From: Perkinsus chesapeaki ATCC PRA-425
Taxonomy: Eukaryota; Protista; Perkinsozoa
Direction of reading: 5' to 3'
DNA length: 64,000 nucleotides
NCBI GenBank assembly: GCA_013115145.1
Contig: JAAPAO010000025.1
Span: 61,687-125,686, forward strand
In this document: piece after piece, positions 1-14,200 of the stretch
Layout of the letters: the number at the start of each line of letters is the position of its first letter
Position numbering within the stretch: the first letter of the stretch is position 1
Made by a program: the position numbers and the translations under genes
The notes under the pieces: model-generated
What the model was told of the DNA's origin: nothing
What the model saw: only the letters and a program-made list of their open reading frames with translations
Database searches by the model: none

Positions 1-29
1 CTTCTCAACTCGGCGTCGTAGTGGCCAAA

Positions 30-600
30 GGCACGATGTTCATGTCCTTGACTGTCAATCCATCGGAAACAATAGAAGTCACCGTCTTTCAAATCTAATG
101 TCGTGCCATCTTCGGAGGTAGTCGATTTAGAGGTTGATGACTCGACAGTCACCATGTCGCTGGCATGATACTGCTTAAGATTGAAATAGCACTCCTGGAA
201 CTTGAGCTCAGTGCCGGTCTCGATCTCTTGTAAGCGGTATAGCATTTTGTCCTTGGTAACGGCGACGACTCTGTAAGGGCCCTTCCATGACACATCTTGC
301 TTGAGGGGAGGAGGTACAAGACGAAGGACGAGTGATCCGACATCAAAGGTCTTGAAACCGGGTTGATGAGGAAGCTTGGAAGCTCTAGCTCGGATTCTAT
401 CCTTCGCTTCTTCCAATAGTGTGAAGAAGTCGAGTAAGCTTCGAGTACGGCGTTCTCGTAACTCATCATAGATGTTCTTCAAGGTAGTGGGCATTGGCGG
501 TGGCTGACCTTCCATGATACTCGGAATCCATACCTCAAGCTTAGATCGAGACCAATCTTCTAGGTCCTCCGCAGGGGCGAGTAGTCGGGGTCGACAACAG
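30..600 (-). mobile_element. Ty3/gypsy-like integrase C-terminal fragment (GPY/F region)
   Basis: A minus-strand frame not in the ORF track reads ...FKTFDVGSLVLRLVPPPLKQDVSWKGPYRVVAVTKDKMLYRLQEIETG..., with WKGPY at 273-287. This is the typical chromovirus/gypsy integrase tail. Confidence 0.75.
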
Positions 601-1008
601 TAAAAGAGTTGAAAGGCTGACAAAGTGCCCAGGTCATGACGAGGTGAGCAGTTTATAGCATACACAGCTTCCGCGATTATGTCTACTAGGAGACGTGGTT
701 GGCCTTGTTCTTGTAGTAAACGATGACGTAGTTGGCTCAGTAGAACTCCATGCCCTCTTTCGTAGACCGCGGCGATGAACTTGGACTGCCGGGGAAAGAC
801 CGTAAATGCGATTGATCTCGTCACTCAAAAACCTTCGACAGCGCGACTGGTCATGGCTGATCCAGCATCAACAGTGATGCACGCCGGGTCGCCTACGATG
901 GAGAATAACTGGGCCAGAGAATAGCTTATAGAGGTGGCTGTAGGGGACGTCGTGGTGTGACACCACTGGTGTCGTACAGTAAGAAGCCGGATACAGGATG
1001 TTTGGTGG

Positions 1009-1260
1009 ATGAGAAGACGTGATGTTAGAAGCAAACTTCTGAGCCGTGTTCAGCGACATGCGAATAGAGATTTGAAGGAAGGATCGAAAGTTTACCGTTG
1101 GCGACCTACACTTGGCAAGTTTGGAAAGCTGAATAGTGGCTGGTATCCTGCTATCTTGGTGAAACGGCTAAGTGATAGTGTCTGTAAGATCCGCCTACCT
1201 GATGGAAAAGAGGCGACTGAGAGCGTGTTGAACATTAGGCCGGCGGGAATGTGCCGGTAA
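1009..1260 (+). mobile_element. LTR-retrotransposon integrase C-terminal remnant, followed by a possible PPT/LTR start
   Basis: DLKEGSKVYRWRPTLGKFGKLNSGWYPAILVKRLSDSVCKIRLPDGKEATESVLNIRP resembles the integrase SH3-like tail. Purine-rich GGCGGGAA then TG follows at about 1241-1251. Confidence 0.55.
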
Positions 1261-1800
1261 CGGCATTCATGTTATTATCGTGCACCACAATTTCTCTCTG
1301 TGCTGACGTTATTTCTGTCCCCAATTTTGTGCTGTTTTTCCGCGCCATTTGTTTCCCACAATTATGTGCTAGATTCCTAGCGTCCAGCTAGTGGACTCGG
1401 TCCATAACTCATAAACAACGTATAAGTCTTCTAAGCTTTCTACGGTATCGACCTCATCACCTACGAACCATTTGTATCCTCAGACGGAACAAGTTTTTGA
1501 GTTATTATTGCAATAATCCGTCATATGTACTATAATGTGCAGCACACTGTGTGGCGGTGCTCCGCTATCGGCACCAACTGCAGAAAAGCCAGATGATTAA
1601 CCCATGAATGTATTAAATGTTGTGTTACAAGGATCGGCTCGCGGATGCGATGATACTGTAATGTAATGCAAACTGATATTTACCACCCAACAAATGGTTG
1701 TGTCAAACCGTAAAAGTGGCAAGTGTCAAAGCCACCCTAAGGAACCGCAGGTTGATAAAGCGACCTTACTGGCTCGGGGCCAGTGGCTGAGTTATTGACC

Positions 1801-3300
1801 TTAAGTTCCATACGAGTATGCTTGGCGAAGGACTATTATAAGAGCTATGACATAAATCATACCGAAGTAGAATATGGTAGGGGAGTCCCAAAGTAACCTA
1901 GCTTCAACGGTGAGCTCAAACAGATACCTACCACATACGACTTGCTTCATCCATATATACATGAAACTGAAACTAATAATAGACACCTTTATGAGGGCTT
2001 GCGATACATTCTTATAATGTCCCAAGACAGTCAATTTGTGAGCCACGAGTAAGAGAACAGGCGTCTGGCAACATAGTAAGATTCGGGAGACAATCGACGC
2101 CTGCGATGAGTATAGAGCAAAGAAGGGTTTGCTCATTACCGGTGCCGGCGAGCCTATGACGCACATGGGCATCGATGTCCCGTCAAGACCATAAAAGGCT
2201 GATAATAGTGCACCTTCAATAATATAAGGAATAAATGGTACGGAAAGCATGCGGAGGGTCGCCTTGGAGAAAAGCCAAGTTGGGTTATGGCCTAATTCAT
2301 CATCACCGAGGCATAAGTTTCTAACCACCACTTCGAACGACTCAATAGAACCGTAAGCATCCTTGATAAGATCATGCAACAAAGGTTCGTCGGCAGCGTC
2401 AGAGCATTTGGCATTTGATGTCTTGAATGTTCTAACCATTTGACGAAAAGAAAGAGTGGTGTCCATATAGTACGCGGAGCGCCCGGCGACAAAAAGGCTT
2501 ACGAAATACCACACCAGAATGGTGGGCATCCGTGTCGCTATGTCGATCTGATGATTGTAGAGTACCAAGCATTCTAGAATGACAATACGACCTAGCTCTC
2601 CAAACATCATGTACACACAGAACTTTACATGATCTAGATTGATTATGATGACATCTTTCATTTTGTGGGTTTCCAAGAACTTTGCCAGTTCATACACACA
2701 CCAAAGCCGTTTTAGATAATCTGGTGACCAAAATACCACCAGCTTGTCCGATACACGTAGATAGTCAGACAACCGGGATATACCTTGTAGCTTGGCAATC
2801 GGATCAGACTGTGTAATACAACACTTATCGAGGAATACTGTCACCCCTCTATTTTGGGTTAGTAGGGAGATGAGGAGAGCGACAAGAAATGTAAAAAACC
2901 CAGCGAGGATGGCTGCAATAGTGGGGAGTTTAGCTGAATGCATAGCAAGATATATGAAGCCAACCAGAACATGAGAGGAAGCTATCAATAACTTAAATGG
3001 AAAGGAGAGGTAGAACGTCATAACAATTCCAAGCCTCTTCCAAGTCCCATTCGCTGCCCATGCATGGCTAAGGAAGAAGTCGAGACGGGAAACGTCAAAA
3101 GAATTCTCGTAGGCATTGGGACAGCTTTTACTGTCGTGTAGAAGGTTTCCGCGCCAAATTATGGAAGATAAGTGACATCCTCGTAGTCTGATGTAACCGC
3201 TCTCCATATGCTCGCCGACGTTGGCAGCAGACATCATTTCGATTTCCCCTAGGGAACTGAAAACAAGCATGTTGCCGGGAACACTGGTTTCTCCGAGCAA
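1801..3300 (-). CDS. Intronless TIR-like domain multi-pass membrane protein (499 aa)
   Basis: Motifs FFLSHAW, VFLDKCCITQ and VVFWSPDYLKRLWCVYEL match TIR_2-like betaA, betaB and betaC-alphaC with the conserved Glu. Several hydrophobic segments. Paralog at 45795. Confidence 0.8.
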   Translation of the reverse strand: MLGETSVPGNMLVFSSLGEIEMMSAANVGEHMESGYIRLRGCHLSSIIWRGNLLHDSKSCPNAYENSFDVSRLDFFLSHAWAANGTWKRLGIVMTFYLSFPFKLLIASSHVLVGFIYLAMHSAKLPTIAAILAGFFTFLVALLISLLTQNRGVTVFLDKCCITQSDPIAKLQGISRLSDYLRVSDKLVVFWSPDYLKRLWCVYELAKFLETHKMKDVIIINLDHVKFCVYMMFGELGRIVILECLVLYNHQIDIATRMPTILVWYFVSLFVAGRSAYYMDTTLSFRQMVRTFKTSNAKCSDAADEPLLHDLIKDAYGSIESFEVVVRNLCLGDDELGHNPTWLFSKATLRMLSVPFIPYIIEGALLSAFYGLDGTSMPMCVIGSPAPVMSKPFFALYSSQASIVSRILLCCQTPVLLLVAHKLTVLGHYKNVSQALIKVSIISFSFMYIWMKQVVCGRYLFELTVEARLLWDSPTIFYFGMIYVIALIIVLRQAYSYGT

Positions 3301-3999
3301 TGATAGAAAGCCGCGATATTCGGATGTACCGGGACTACTTTTGCTACCTTGTGCTGACGGAATTCAACGGGTGGCGCGAACAAGTTTTTGCGGGAAATCA
3401 GTGATACTCGTCTAGACGGTTACTACGCTGAATGCAAGGCGTGCTCGCATGTGGCCTATACAATTACAGGAATAGTTTTAGTGACTCTGCAGCCTTTTGG
3501 GTCGTTGACGGGAACCAATTCAATCAGAATCTTCAGTAAGTACTGCGCTCGATGAGTCGCACGGTGGAGACAATTAGCTGTGCCCAGCACATGCTGTGGA
3601 GTTCTCACGCCATTTCCGCAATTTGTCTCGAGAGCTCGTATGCGTTTCTTGAGGGAAATACCGGTGAAATAGTACCATAACTCAAGACGTGATTATGTAT
3701 TAATTCAATCGGTCCATAAATTCTTTGATATTTTACTAATCTCCGCTAGTCCAATGTCTCTGTGCGGGCCAAACTCCGGTAGGTCATTGAAGAAATCTCA
3801 TAAAGAAGCTTCGTAGCCTGAACACCATTTCCATCCAATCCGACTGCATTCCCTTTTAGAAACTCGTTCCTGTGCCAGCCTCCGTACCGGTATGTTCATC
3901 TGCATATTAGTAATCCTCATTACTGGCTTAATCGACTTGATGTGGTGATGCAGAATCTACTTCCACGAGAACGCGATACCCGTAGGTGCTCTCTCACAC

Positions 4000-4700
4000 T
4001 AGTTAATTTTTCAGTCATACATTTTAAGGGCGGAAATTTGCTTCGAGGAAAGCGGAGCAGCACCGTTCTTCAAAGCGCTGCTCTCACGGCTGACCATACG
4101 GTTGTGTCTGTTATGTCCGAAACATTACCGGAGCCTCTTGGTGAGCTGCTCTGGCTTAACATGCATTTATCTATTGTCTTGCTTATGTTTGGAATTTTAC
4201 CTTCCTCAGTGGTTTCCAGTATCAAAGATTCTGTGAACCCTGAGCACCGCGGATCAGTCGGAGAAAAAGCCGTGAGCTTTTCTGTGGCTGGAGGCACTCC
4301 ACGAAGGTGTCGACTCTCAGCGACCAGGTACGGCCGCAAGGGGCCAATGGGCCGAGCAGTTGCCAACTGCCAGTTGGTAATAAGAGAAGACTCTCACAAT
4401 ATACCCCTGCACGCTCGTTACAAATAAATGCTCAGCTTAGCTGCACTCCGCAGCAGACGGGACACTTCTTAAGTAACGAAGCGTCTTGCGTCTCTTGTCA
4501 TTTCTGCCCACTCTACCCACAACGGAGATCCGAAGTTGTGCGCACGACAGGTGCAACGATTTACTTGCTGGCCATGGGGGCCCACGCCGTGGACCCCACA
4601 GCGAACCTGAGGATCGTCATCAAATTGACGAATGTTTATGACGCATTGTCAATACGTGATACCAGGCCGGTAATGCACTGCGGTTCGGGATGCGAATCCA
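4000..4700 (-). mobile_element. Degenerate LTR-retrotransposon integrase (HHCC zinc-binding region plus start of core)
   Basis: Frameshifted reading WAEMTRDARRFVT/KKCPVC followed by IGPLRPYLV resembles the integrase zinc finger and first core strand. Confidence 0.45.
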
Positions 4701-5138
4701 CTGAACTCAGCCTAGTAAATTGTGTCTGCTGGTATCCGCATATGACGTGATTCAGTATGGTAAAAACACATTGACTGATTAGCGATGGAGCAACTCCTGC
4801 CCAAAGTGTACCTCCAAACTCGTCCTTTGTAAGTCAGTTATGACGTTTTAGGAAGTTCTTTACTAACTTCTCGAAGTTAGTGTCTGTCTTCTTTTAACAT
4901 ACTCATTCTGGAATGTCCCACAAGATGAGCAGCAACTGACAACAATTCCAATGCCAAATAGGGCATATCATTGTTGGATTCTTGATAAGAATTTCTTATT
5001 AGAGTTGAGATATCCAATAACTAGCTGCGGCGGCTGGGTCTCCACCCTCACAAGCTGTCTCGCGCAGGCTACGAGAGATCGGCAAGTCGGCAATGGGGAA
5101 TAAGAGTTCTATTGATCAAGTAGTTGCGCTTCGCACCG

Positions 5139-5168
5139 GTATAAACTTTATTAGTATAAAGTTTATAC
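5139..5168. repeat. Perfect 13-bp inverted repeat
   Basis: GTATAAACTTTAT-TAGT-ATAAAGTTTATAC. Confidence 0.9.
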
Positions 5169-6899
5169 TATAAAGTAATGCCTTCGAGTTCAAGGCCTCA
5201 GCGCATATGACTGGGATACATGATGTATCATAAATCATTGGGCGGAGCGACAACAAAACCGACGGTCATGGAACCGAAGAGCCGAATAGGCTCAAAAAGA
5301 GCCGCTCTACGTATTACGTAGTTCGTAACCAATCCGGATTGCCTTTAGGGCCACTATGCTCAGGATCTGGAGGGAACGGCCTTTGGATATATGGCCAAGT
5401 CTATCCCGGTTATCATCCTTGAAGGATGACGATGACAGGATGAGTGTAGGTCCAGTCATGAAGCGAGTTCAGCGCCGTATAGAATTAATCAAGGAGTACG
5501 GGAATATCGCTCAGAGACCTCCCCGTGGTTATTCCTGGAAACGTGGGGAACGTGAAAGTCACTCGCGCTCCCTACGTGGGCCATGATTTATTATATTTTT
5601 TTGTGAGTAGCACGGAGGGCATGTGTCCTAACTCCAGTGGAGCTAGTTCGTATGCGACAGAGCAGGGAAGTGCACTATCTCTCTCTGTCAACCAACCCAA
5701 TCCGCCATGCTTCTTGAGTTGATGGCTCAGGCGTTGATCATTTAATTCTTCTTTCAGAGAAGAATTTCTAGTTTTTCCGAAAGAACTTTCTCAGGGCGAG
5801 AATCTCGCCGCGAGATTCATTGCATCAATGCTATTTGATCAAGTAACCTTAACAAAACTTAAGTGATTCACCTACTTTTCGGAACGAAACACACAAATAT
5901 GTATCGTCGATAAAAATCTGTGATTTTAAATCATAGATTTTGCTTATCTTACTTTTTCTTTCTGGAGAACGCTGTATAGCATGCCGCCGTGGCGCCAGTC
6001 ATGACGGAATTTGACGGTGACTTGTCATGAGTTACTCGTGGAAGATGTCGCCTCTGAAATTCAGAGGCGAGTGGTGATTCTGGGATATATTAGAATACTG
6101 TGCCTAGTATTCTGAGTATATATTCTACTTATATTCAGACTCTGAATCACTACTAGAAGTTGTATGAGAGGATGTTGATGCCACGGGAGTAGGCGCCGAT
6201 GTCGCTCCGAATCTCGAGCCATTAGTGGCACTATCACTGTGACACGGAGGTGGAGGGACCAGGGTTGGACCGCCAGACCCTGGGCGGTTCGAGTACCCTG
6301 ATTACGTCTGATACGTCGTCCACGGGAGGCTTGTCGCAAGTGAGTCTGCTAGTTGAGGCGGCACTAATAGTGCTGCTAGCTGAAGTTTCTATCCGGACGG
6401 TCCCTTGAACGTATGCTTTAAGTAGTTTAGTTGGATTACCGCCCCCAACAAGGCCAAATGGAAAGGGGGGAGAATCGGGCGCATATTCCTAGGAGGATGC
6501 CCGAAATTCGGGTACGGCGTCCCATTGGACGGGTCCCGAGTATTCCGCCGCATACGTTAGGTGTAACACCACATTAGCGTCAACGCAAGAATTATGTATT
6601 ATTAACACATCGACGCATGGTAATGCTGAGCATGGGCTAGCCAAGAGGACAGTGTGGCTAGATGGGACTCACCTTTCCAATAATTAAATCCAATGGACCT
6701 TCATTCCTACTCGAGCAGCGGCGCCGGCGCGTCCAAGTAACTAACTTAGTTATTAACTATCAATAATGCCAATCGTATTGGCAATGCCAATTCGGCATTA
6801 GAGCTAGTGGGTGGATGAGTTTTACACACTGGTGTCCAAGTAGGACAGATGACGACCGCTAACGGTGCGGGTCGCTCACTTCTCAGTATCTCGCGCGAA

Positions 6900-8100
6900 C
6901 TCCTCGAAAACCGTTCGGAAGTCGACCTCACTCAAACGGCGCTGGCGAGCCGCGGAGGTTTCTGGCCTGACGGTCAAAATAATACATAGACATTTTTATG
7001 CCAGAGTGCAGCACTGAACGAAGCTTATTCTCCTTCTCTTTGATCGATAAACAGTTTGAGGGTTTTCTCGGATGGCCGGTCTACCCTCGGAAACTGTATG
7101 CCTTCTGTTGGAACCTGTAGATGGATGAAATACAGTTCGGACTTTCCACAGTGAAAATCGAAGTCTGACTGCCGAAGGGCATACAAGTTGTTGAATCCCT
7201 CAAGAAGATTCATGCGGTTAATCATCCACCAATCGCGATCGAGTAGTTGGATACGGGTTTGTGGTTCTTACGGCGCACAAGCGTAGGCTTTCTTTGTGAG
7301 GTTCTCTGGACGTCTGTAGCAGCTCCAACCATGCCGGTAGCCGTCGCTCGTCTGCCTCTAGCATGGCGAGCAGGCATCGTCTTGCTGACGGATGTCCTGA
7401 GATATTTCGTTTACGCGTTGACGGTCGATAGCCGATCGTGCTCCGTGTTACTTTCGGAACGGCGCTGGATCGACTTCTTCCTCTGATAGCTCGCTCATTT
7501 CTGGGATGTCTGGTAAAGACTCGAGGAGACTAGTCTTGCTGATTGCGGTCGATGGAAAAGACTGGATGCTCTCTGGTGGTATGTATAATGCCGTGGCGAT
7601 AGTTTCGAGGAGCTACACAAAACGACAACTGAGAAAATGCCTTCGATAAGGAGATGAGTTTGGAGACCGGCACTACGCTCACGTAGCTCAGAGTCTGAGC
7701 TGATGCAGCGTGTTTCCCACCCGAAGGACTTCGCTCCGGGAGGGACGAACGACTGGGCGAGCGTCTTAGCTCTGACGCGTGGGACGTCGTACCACCGTGA
7801 ACCTTTCCAAGTCGTATTTGTTCATGATAGCTGTTATGTCTACGCAAGTGTGACCATCTGGAGAGTCCACAAAAGATTCGACCTGCACGAACCGTTTCAT
7901 TTTCACGCGTGCCGATGTAGCACACACCAGTTGCGCCCATTTAGCCCGAACTTCTTCGCGGAACTTCTCGCATGGTTCTATCTCAGCTCGAAGGCTGTGA
8001 CTTTTCCAAGCTACGTAAGCCGAGTAGACGGCAACGGTAGCGAATAACCTGAAAAGCAGGCCCCTAGAGTTTGGCAACCTTAAGGTGGCAGTGGCGCTCT
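6900..8100 (-). mobile_element. Probable degenerate gag-like retroelement remnant
   Basis: Fragmented helical ORFs (FREEVRAKWAQLV..., LLEGFNNLYALRQ) broken by stops and frameshifts amid other TE debris. No diagnostic motif. Confidence 0.3.
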
Positions 8101-8249
8101 TATTGCTTCGTTATGAGAGCGGCTATTTTGATGACTAGAATCACATCACGAGCATGATAAACCCTTTAGTTGTCTGGTCGATTTCGGTGATGGGCCTCGG
8201 GATGAGGGACTCTTTCAAAGACTTTAATTGCGTCACGGAGAGCACCAAA

Positions 8250-11200
8250 CCCCACAAGAGCTATCGACGAACCAGTTGCCCAGTTAGTAAGCAGGCACCT
8301 ACATTGCCCCAAGTATTATGAGAACCATAAGCACCGAATTGACCGTTGATTTATCTGTCGATAGATCTTGGCGTCTTTGCACGAACACCTGCGGAGCACA
8401 GGATAACTACTCCAAAGTGAGCACAAATTTGTGATTGACGAGCTTATTCGATACAGTCTGATGCCCAGTCTTCTTACTGCGGCAATGACAGTAATTAGAA
8501 GCAGTATAGACTGGCACGCAACTTCAGACCAATTCAACAAGTGACTTCTCCATGGCCAAAACTTGAACTGTATCACCAGACTAGCAGCTATAACAATATC
8601 GAAGAGAAGTAGCTTCAAGTGTCTAAGACAAACCCACAAGTTCGGCCATGAGGTCTCCGTGAAGTAGATACGTCCTAGAAGGCATAATTCATCTATTATT
8701 ATTCTTGAAATGGAATCTTATTAAGGCTAAGAGGCCGAGCACATGGCGCACAAGAGTTATGGTTGAATAAATCGAGCTGTTTGTGAGGTAACTGGCGAAA
8801 CGTCAAAATTTTGGCGCACCACGAAAGTACTCGCTCCGAATGAACTCAGCTGGGACCGCTAACAATACTGGGGATGCTCGAGACATTTTCACAAAGAAAC
8901 CACGGACGAGTTTGGAGCTTGGCAGTGAAAACAATTACTGCACTTTCGGTCCGCTTATAAATCTCCTAAGGCTGATAGTCGGTGAGGCTAACTTGAACAT
9001 ACATGTCATCAACAGCGATAAAGGGGACCAGGGCTAGCAGCAAGTTGCGTGTGACAAGTATGGTCGGCCAATAATAGCGATCTTGTCGGAAACGATAGAA
9101 AAGAAATCGAAACCGTTTCATGTACCTGGCATGGCTAGACCGCTTCACATACCGCTTGTTACTTCTTACGTGGGATCGGTCTCACAGAGTTCGCCCGCCC
9201 AAAGCGTGGCCCAGAACACGAGCGACACAAAGGTGGCCACATATACGACTATTCCTGGACAAAAAGGATCATTGATAATCTCAACTGGTTCCTCTTCTTC
9301 AGGAAACACCAGCGCTGTTCGGTTAATATCTCGAAGGAAGATCGCACAGCTCTGATCGTTCGATCAATACTGTACTTGCATCGAACAACGACGAAGTTGA
9401 AGACAAGCACACATGCAGAGGATCGCTACGCTTCATCACCGTCAGAAAATCATATAGCTGAGTTCTCCTACTATTTCGGAGGACTTAAAACCGCTTCTTT
9501 TCCGAGGAGTGTGGGAGAAGATGAGACAAGTGGTGTAAGTCACCGGGTGACGCAGCGCTTGCTTATCATGTGCCAGTGTGCTGCCAGTGTACATCACAAT
9601 AGTCAAAGGACTAATCAGGTGTGAATTTGGCATGGCAGGCGACACTTACACCTCCCCGAAACCGAAGCAAAAAGAATCAAGCGGATGCCGCCTAATGATG
9701 GCTTACTATCTGTGCCATTTCTTAAGCCATCCGCAAAAGTTAAAGCCAACGACATTGCAACTCAGCTTTGCAACACCCCATTCATGAACAACGGGTTGAT
9801 ATCTCGCAGCCCGCTAGGGCGACCGAGATCCTCCGAGCTCGACAGTGAGTCTGTCCTAGCCCAGAACACAGTAGCACTCCTCGAATTGTAGTCGCTATTG
9901 TACGCTACACAAAATTTCTTGTGCTACACATCATTGCCCTCAGTCGGGCAAGAGTTTACCTGCTATACCGATGGCCAGCATTTTCCAATAGTCGTTCCCT
10001 TCGCAGAGCTGTTGTGGATATTGTAGCAATGATTTAGCGTCCTGATGAGTTCGTTCACGACAAACTTAGAAGCATCGGAGTTCTAAGCCTCGATACCGGC
10101 CTTAGCACATTTGGCCGTCCCGTAGTTTTTCGATCAGGTTAATAAGCCCCATAATGCTACGACCAACATGGCTTTTCAATGACAACTGTGTCCACTGCCC
10201 ACCCGGCACTTTCTGAGGCGCCACAGATAATCTATCCTACTTGATAATGCCTCTTGCCATGTAAAGATACAGCGGGTTAATAAGATAATAATATTACAAA
10301 ATAAGGCAAATACTAATATTGCTTAATGCAATAATTATAATAAACAAGTTAACAATGTACGTCATTTCAACCCGCGTGTGAAGTTACTTCTACTCAGCAT
10401 ACAGCGGTAGTAACGAGATGACCCACCTCATTTGGATGGGAGAAGCACTGTGCAGGTGCGAGGGAAGACACCACAATTGGTATGAATAGCGTTTGAGTTA
10501 TCTGTCCTATCGAGTTGACGAGGCTCGGATATTCCCATTCGTAGCTGAGAGAAGTTCTCTTCGCTACCACGTATGTTGTTTTACTCTCTCCCGATGCTTG
10601 CTACAAGGCGGTAACGCCTGTACTGAATCGCCAGCCATATCAGAGCCATTGTTCTGAAGGTAACGGTATGATTTGGTTAGATCATCGTACAGCGATGAAA
10701 CGTGGATACCATAGAATAGAGTAATGTAGGGCAAATGGTTGTCTTCCAACCGGGACTTTCAGAGACAGTCGAGATAATTGCCGGACAACGTAATTAAGAA
10801 TATCTTCTCATGTCATTGAGTTCTATCGTGTGTGAATCTATCCAAGAAATTGCGGACGACATCCCTGACATCTAAACCGTTGTGGAAATTATCTTAACCA
10901 AGTTGGTACAGGTACGTAAATAATTTGCTAATAATACAAAGCACTATAATTTCTGATTAATAAGCCCTTGCTTTCATATGACAATGCGCAGCAGCAGTAC
11001 TTACCCATACAGGACGAGTGGTTTGGTCATACGAAATATGTATAGTTGTAACGGACTTGCTCTACTAGACCAACAATCAAATTGCGCGGCCTCGCTGAAG
11101 TCTAGCAGTATTAACCGCAGTACGGCTAGGAGCTGAAATACAGTGTTCTTCACTTGGTAATCGGTAAACATACCGAACTCCAGGATTTCTGATCGATTGT

Positions 11201-14200
11201 GCTGAGATGCCAGTCGAACAAGACAAGGCCAAAAAGACTCATCATTTGCAGGAAGGCGATTATCTGATGCGAAAGGTAAAGAAATATTTATGAATAAATC
11301 TGATTGCTCATCAACTGCTTGACAGTCTATGGATACCCCTATGGATACTCTTGCTTCACCTTCAGTTCGATCGTTCGTATTCGGTCAGTGTTTTCCGACT
11401 CATTGTTGTCGTATTACGGCAGCCGTAATATTCTTCACTCGTTTTGCCAGTATTTAATCCATTTCGCCGGGCGAATTTCGCCCCCTTGTGTTTAAATTTT
11501 ACACTTACGTTCCCTAATGACATTGTAACACCCAGGAGAGTCGTCACTTGATGCAGCATGGTACTTCTACCAGTCATGTGGTACCTTCAAGGGTAGCTAA
11601 ATTTCGTGTAAAGCTATTATCGAGCAATGTGTATGGTTCGCGATTAAATTGTATCATTAATTGTATGATATCGTATTACGATCACATATCATAGGATTAG
11701 GATATGAATCACAGTACGATTTGTTGTGCTTCACAAACTCTAGGAAAATGGTCAACTGACCTCTTCATTAAATTTATGATTTATATTCGCATATACTTCA
11801 ACGGTTGAAGTTCAACCCTTGCGATGAGTGGGCCAAATAATGGACAGGCAGGGATAGTTAATAATGAGTTGATAGCTTCTCAGTCCAGCTACGTGCTGCC
11901 GGATAAGCTCCACGAGTTAGCTTCACAGAGCGCCCTAGTTACGTTGCAAAGCAGGAGACAATCATAACGATAATCCCAGCGATGAGGGTCACACGATGAC
12001 CAGGGGAACACTCGGTACAGTCGCCGTTGAAACGATAGAACCTGACAACTCCCAGATGGGCAAATTAACCCTTACAAGAATTCTCGAAATTCTCTTTTCC
12101 TCATCTGGCATCTCGTCACATACTCAATCTACTTCATATGATAATTGACCATTATAGTTATTGAGTGGACTCTTCGGTTCGCTTAAACGCTTTAAATGCT
12201 CGCCAGCGTTCCTCGCACTATGCAGGCATCCTTGAAGAGCATTGCCCGCTTCTCTCACCATGACGGTTTACTACGCCAAATTGAGTTGAGATTTATCATT
12301 TGAGTTTGTAACAGTGTTCCCTTTAAGCGGAAAATCGTACTTTCAAGCTGGAAAAGTGTGCCTATCCATGGTTGCAGCGGAAAATTAGGAAAACCATCAA
12401 ATCGCACATGGCTCCCTAATAGGGAGTCCCTATGTATAAGGCAGCCAGGTGAAATCATCTTTATATTTGGTAACGCATGGTGGCATTGAACTGTATAGAT
12501 TCGTTGGCTTGTTGTATCATACAATTGTGAGCGAATGATATATACAACGTGTATGAAGAGTCCTCACGTCACGTCACGTGACCGCTTCCCCGGGACATAC
12601 CCATCTTCGCACATAGTGCATGCCCGCCCGACTCGATGGTCCGCACAAGCTCCTGCCGGGCCACCAGGGCATTCGAAAAAGGATGCACCTAGCGCGGAGT
12701 GTGTAACCGTACAATTCTTGATTTTACTACTATTTACATTTAAACGGTCGATACTTGTCCTCCGCGCTCGCCCACATTCCCGGTAGGATGAATGGCTGTG
12801 AGTGGTACTTCGTGCCTTACAATGTGACGAGGAGCGTTGTAGTGTAATAGGAGCTTATGAGGTTCGTCTATTTCCCATGTCATCTTCGAACTAGGAACCT
12901 TTGTTGGCCCTCGAGGAGCACACATGCATAAAGCGCGAATCCAACCACAGTGAGGGTTGAACGCCGATTCAACACTTTAATTGAACTGCGTCGTCACTAG
13001 ATTCTGCCGAAACTAGACTCCACAATTCAACCCACTTCCTGTCGATGTGTTCCTGTCTGTCCACCCTCCAGGACAGCTCATACCGGTCGGGCAGGGCTCA
13101 CACAGGCTAAGAGAAGACAACCACTAGTAGCTCAGCGCGAGGTGCGTCCTTGGTCACGGTGATCGACCGGCTACAATTGAAGATAATTTCCACTCGGATC
13201 AGCGAAATTTTCTACTCGCGTTGGTGAAATAATCCCAAAAAGTTTCTTTTCCAGGAAGAACGTGACTGGGAGCCTTTGGATGCTGTTATATTACACTGGG
13301 CCAAATGCGCAGGGTCAAACACTATATTATTCTGTTGAGCGTTGCTACAGGTTGAACAAGTCAGCGTCCGCGTGAGACTTGAAGGTCGTGGCGTATAAAT
13401 CCCATACGAACTCCAAATCGGATCACGCTTACTTAATGTCGGTGAGGCGCAAATTGAAGTAGTATGCTTTCGATGCTTCACAGTTGACATCAGATGACCC
13501 CACAGCGCAATGGCTATAGTAATTTGCCTTACCTGATATGAACCTCCAGGCTCTCTAAGTGTCAATTACCGAATCTAAGCCTAAGTTAAGCAAGTCTCAG
13601 GCGCCAAGTCTACTGAATCATCTCCAAGTATCAAGTGACGCCTTTCAATTCGCCCGACCAGTTCAGACGGAAAAGCGAAAACTTTCAATCTCGAAGATTA
13701 ACAACAATTTCCCCTTTCGCTTTTCTCGACTCAACATGTTGTTGTTGTAAATACTTTCCTATGTCGCTTCGCAGTGAAATACTACAACTATCAGATATTA
13801 ATTCGCTATTATAAATAATAGTCAAAGGTATCATTAGTAATGCTTTCAGCTCCGTGAGAATTTGCCTCAGTCAGAATGGCATAGTCAGGTTCTCTCAGTG
13901 TGAAAACAAGGTGTCACTTTCAGTGTGTAAAATCGCATCACTTGCATATCTTTCTAGATTCATTCAATACTTTTTTTGATGGGATTAGAAGACAGCGCTA
14001 TTTCCGGATACTATTAAACACTCAGAGGTTCTCGAAATGAATTGGCAACAAAATTAACACTACAGCACATTCAGGTATAATTTTTGGGAATCTCAACACT
14101 GAATGTGAAGCGCATTATGCCTAGCATAATGTAAACTAGCGAGCATACTCCCGAAACGTCTTGTGGCTTTACACGGCGTCAACGTGGTAGGACATGTGTG

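Noticed and set aside
5709-5730. Partial resemblance to the reverse complement of the Perkinsus/dinoflagellate spliced leader (CTTGAG..GATGGCT)
   Set aside because: Too many mismatches and no SL-RNA context. A similar weak partial match near 30515 was also rejected.
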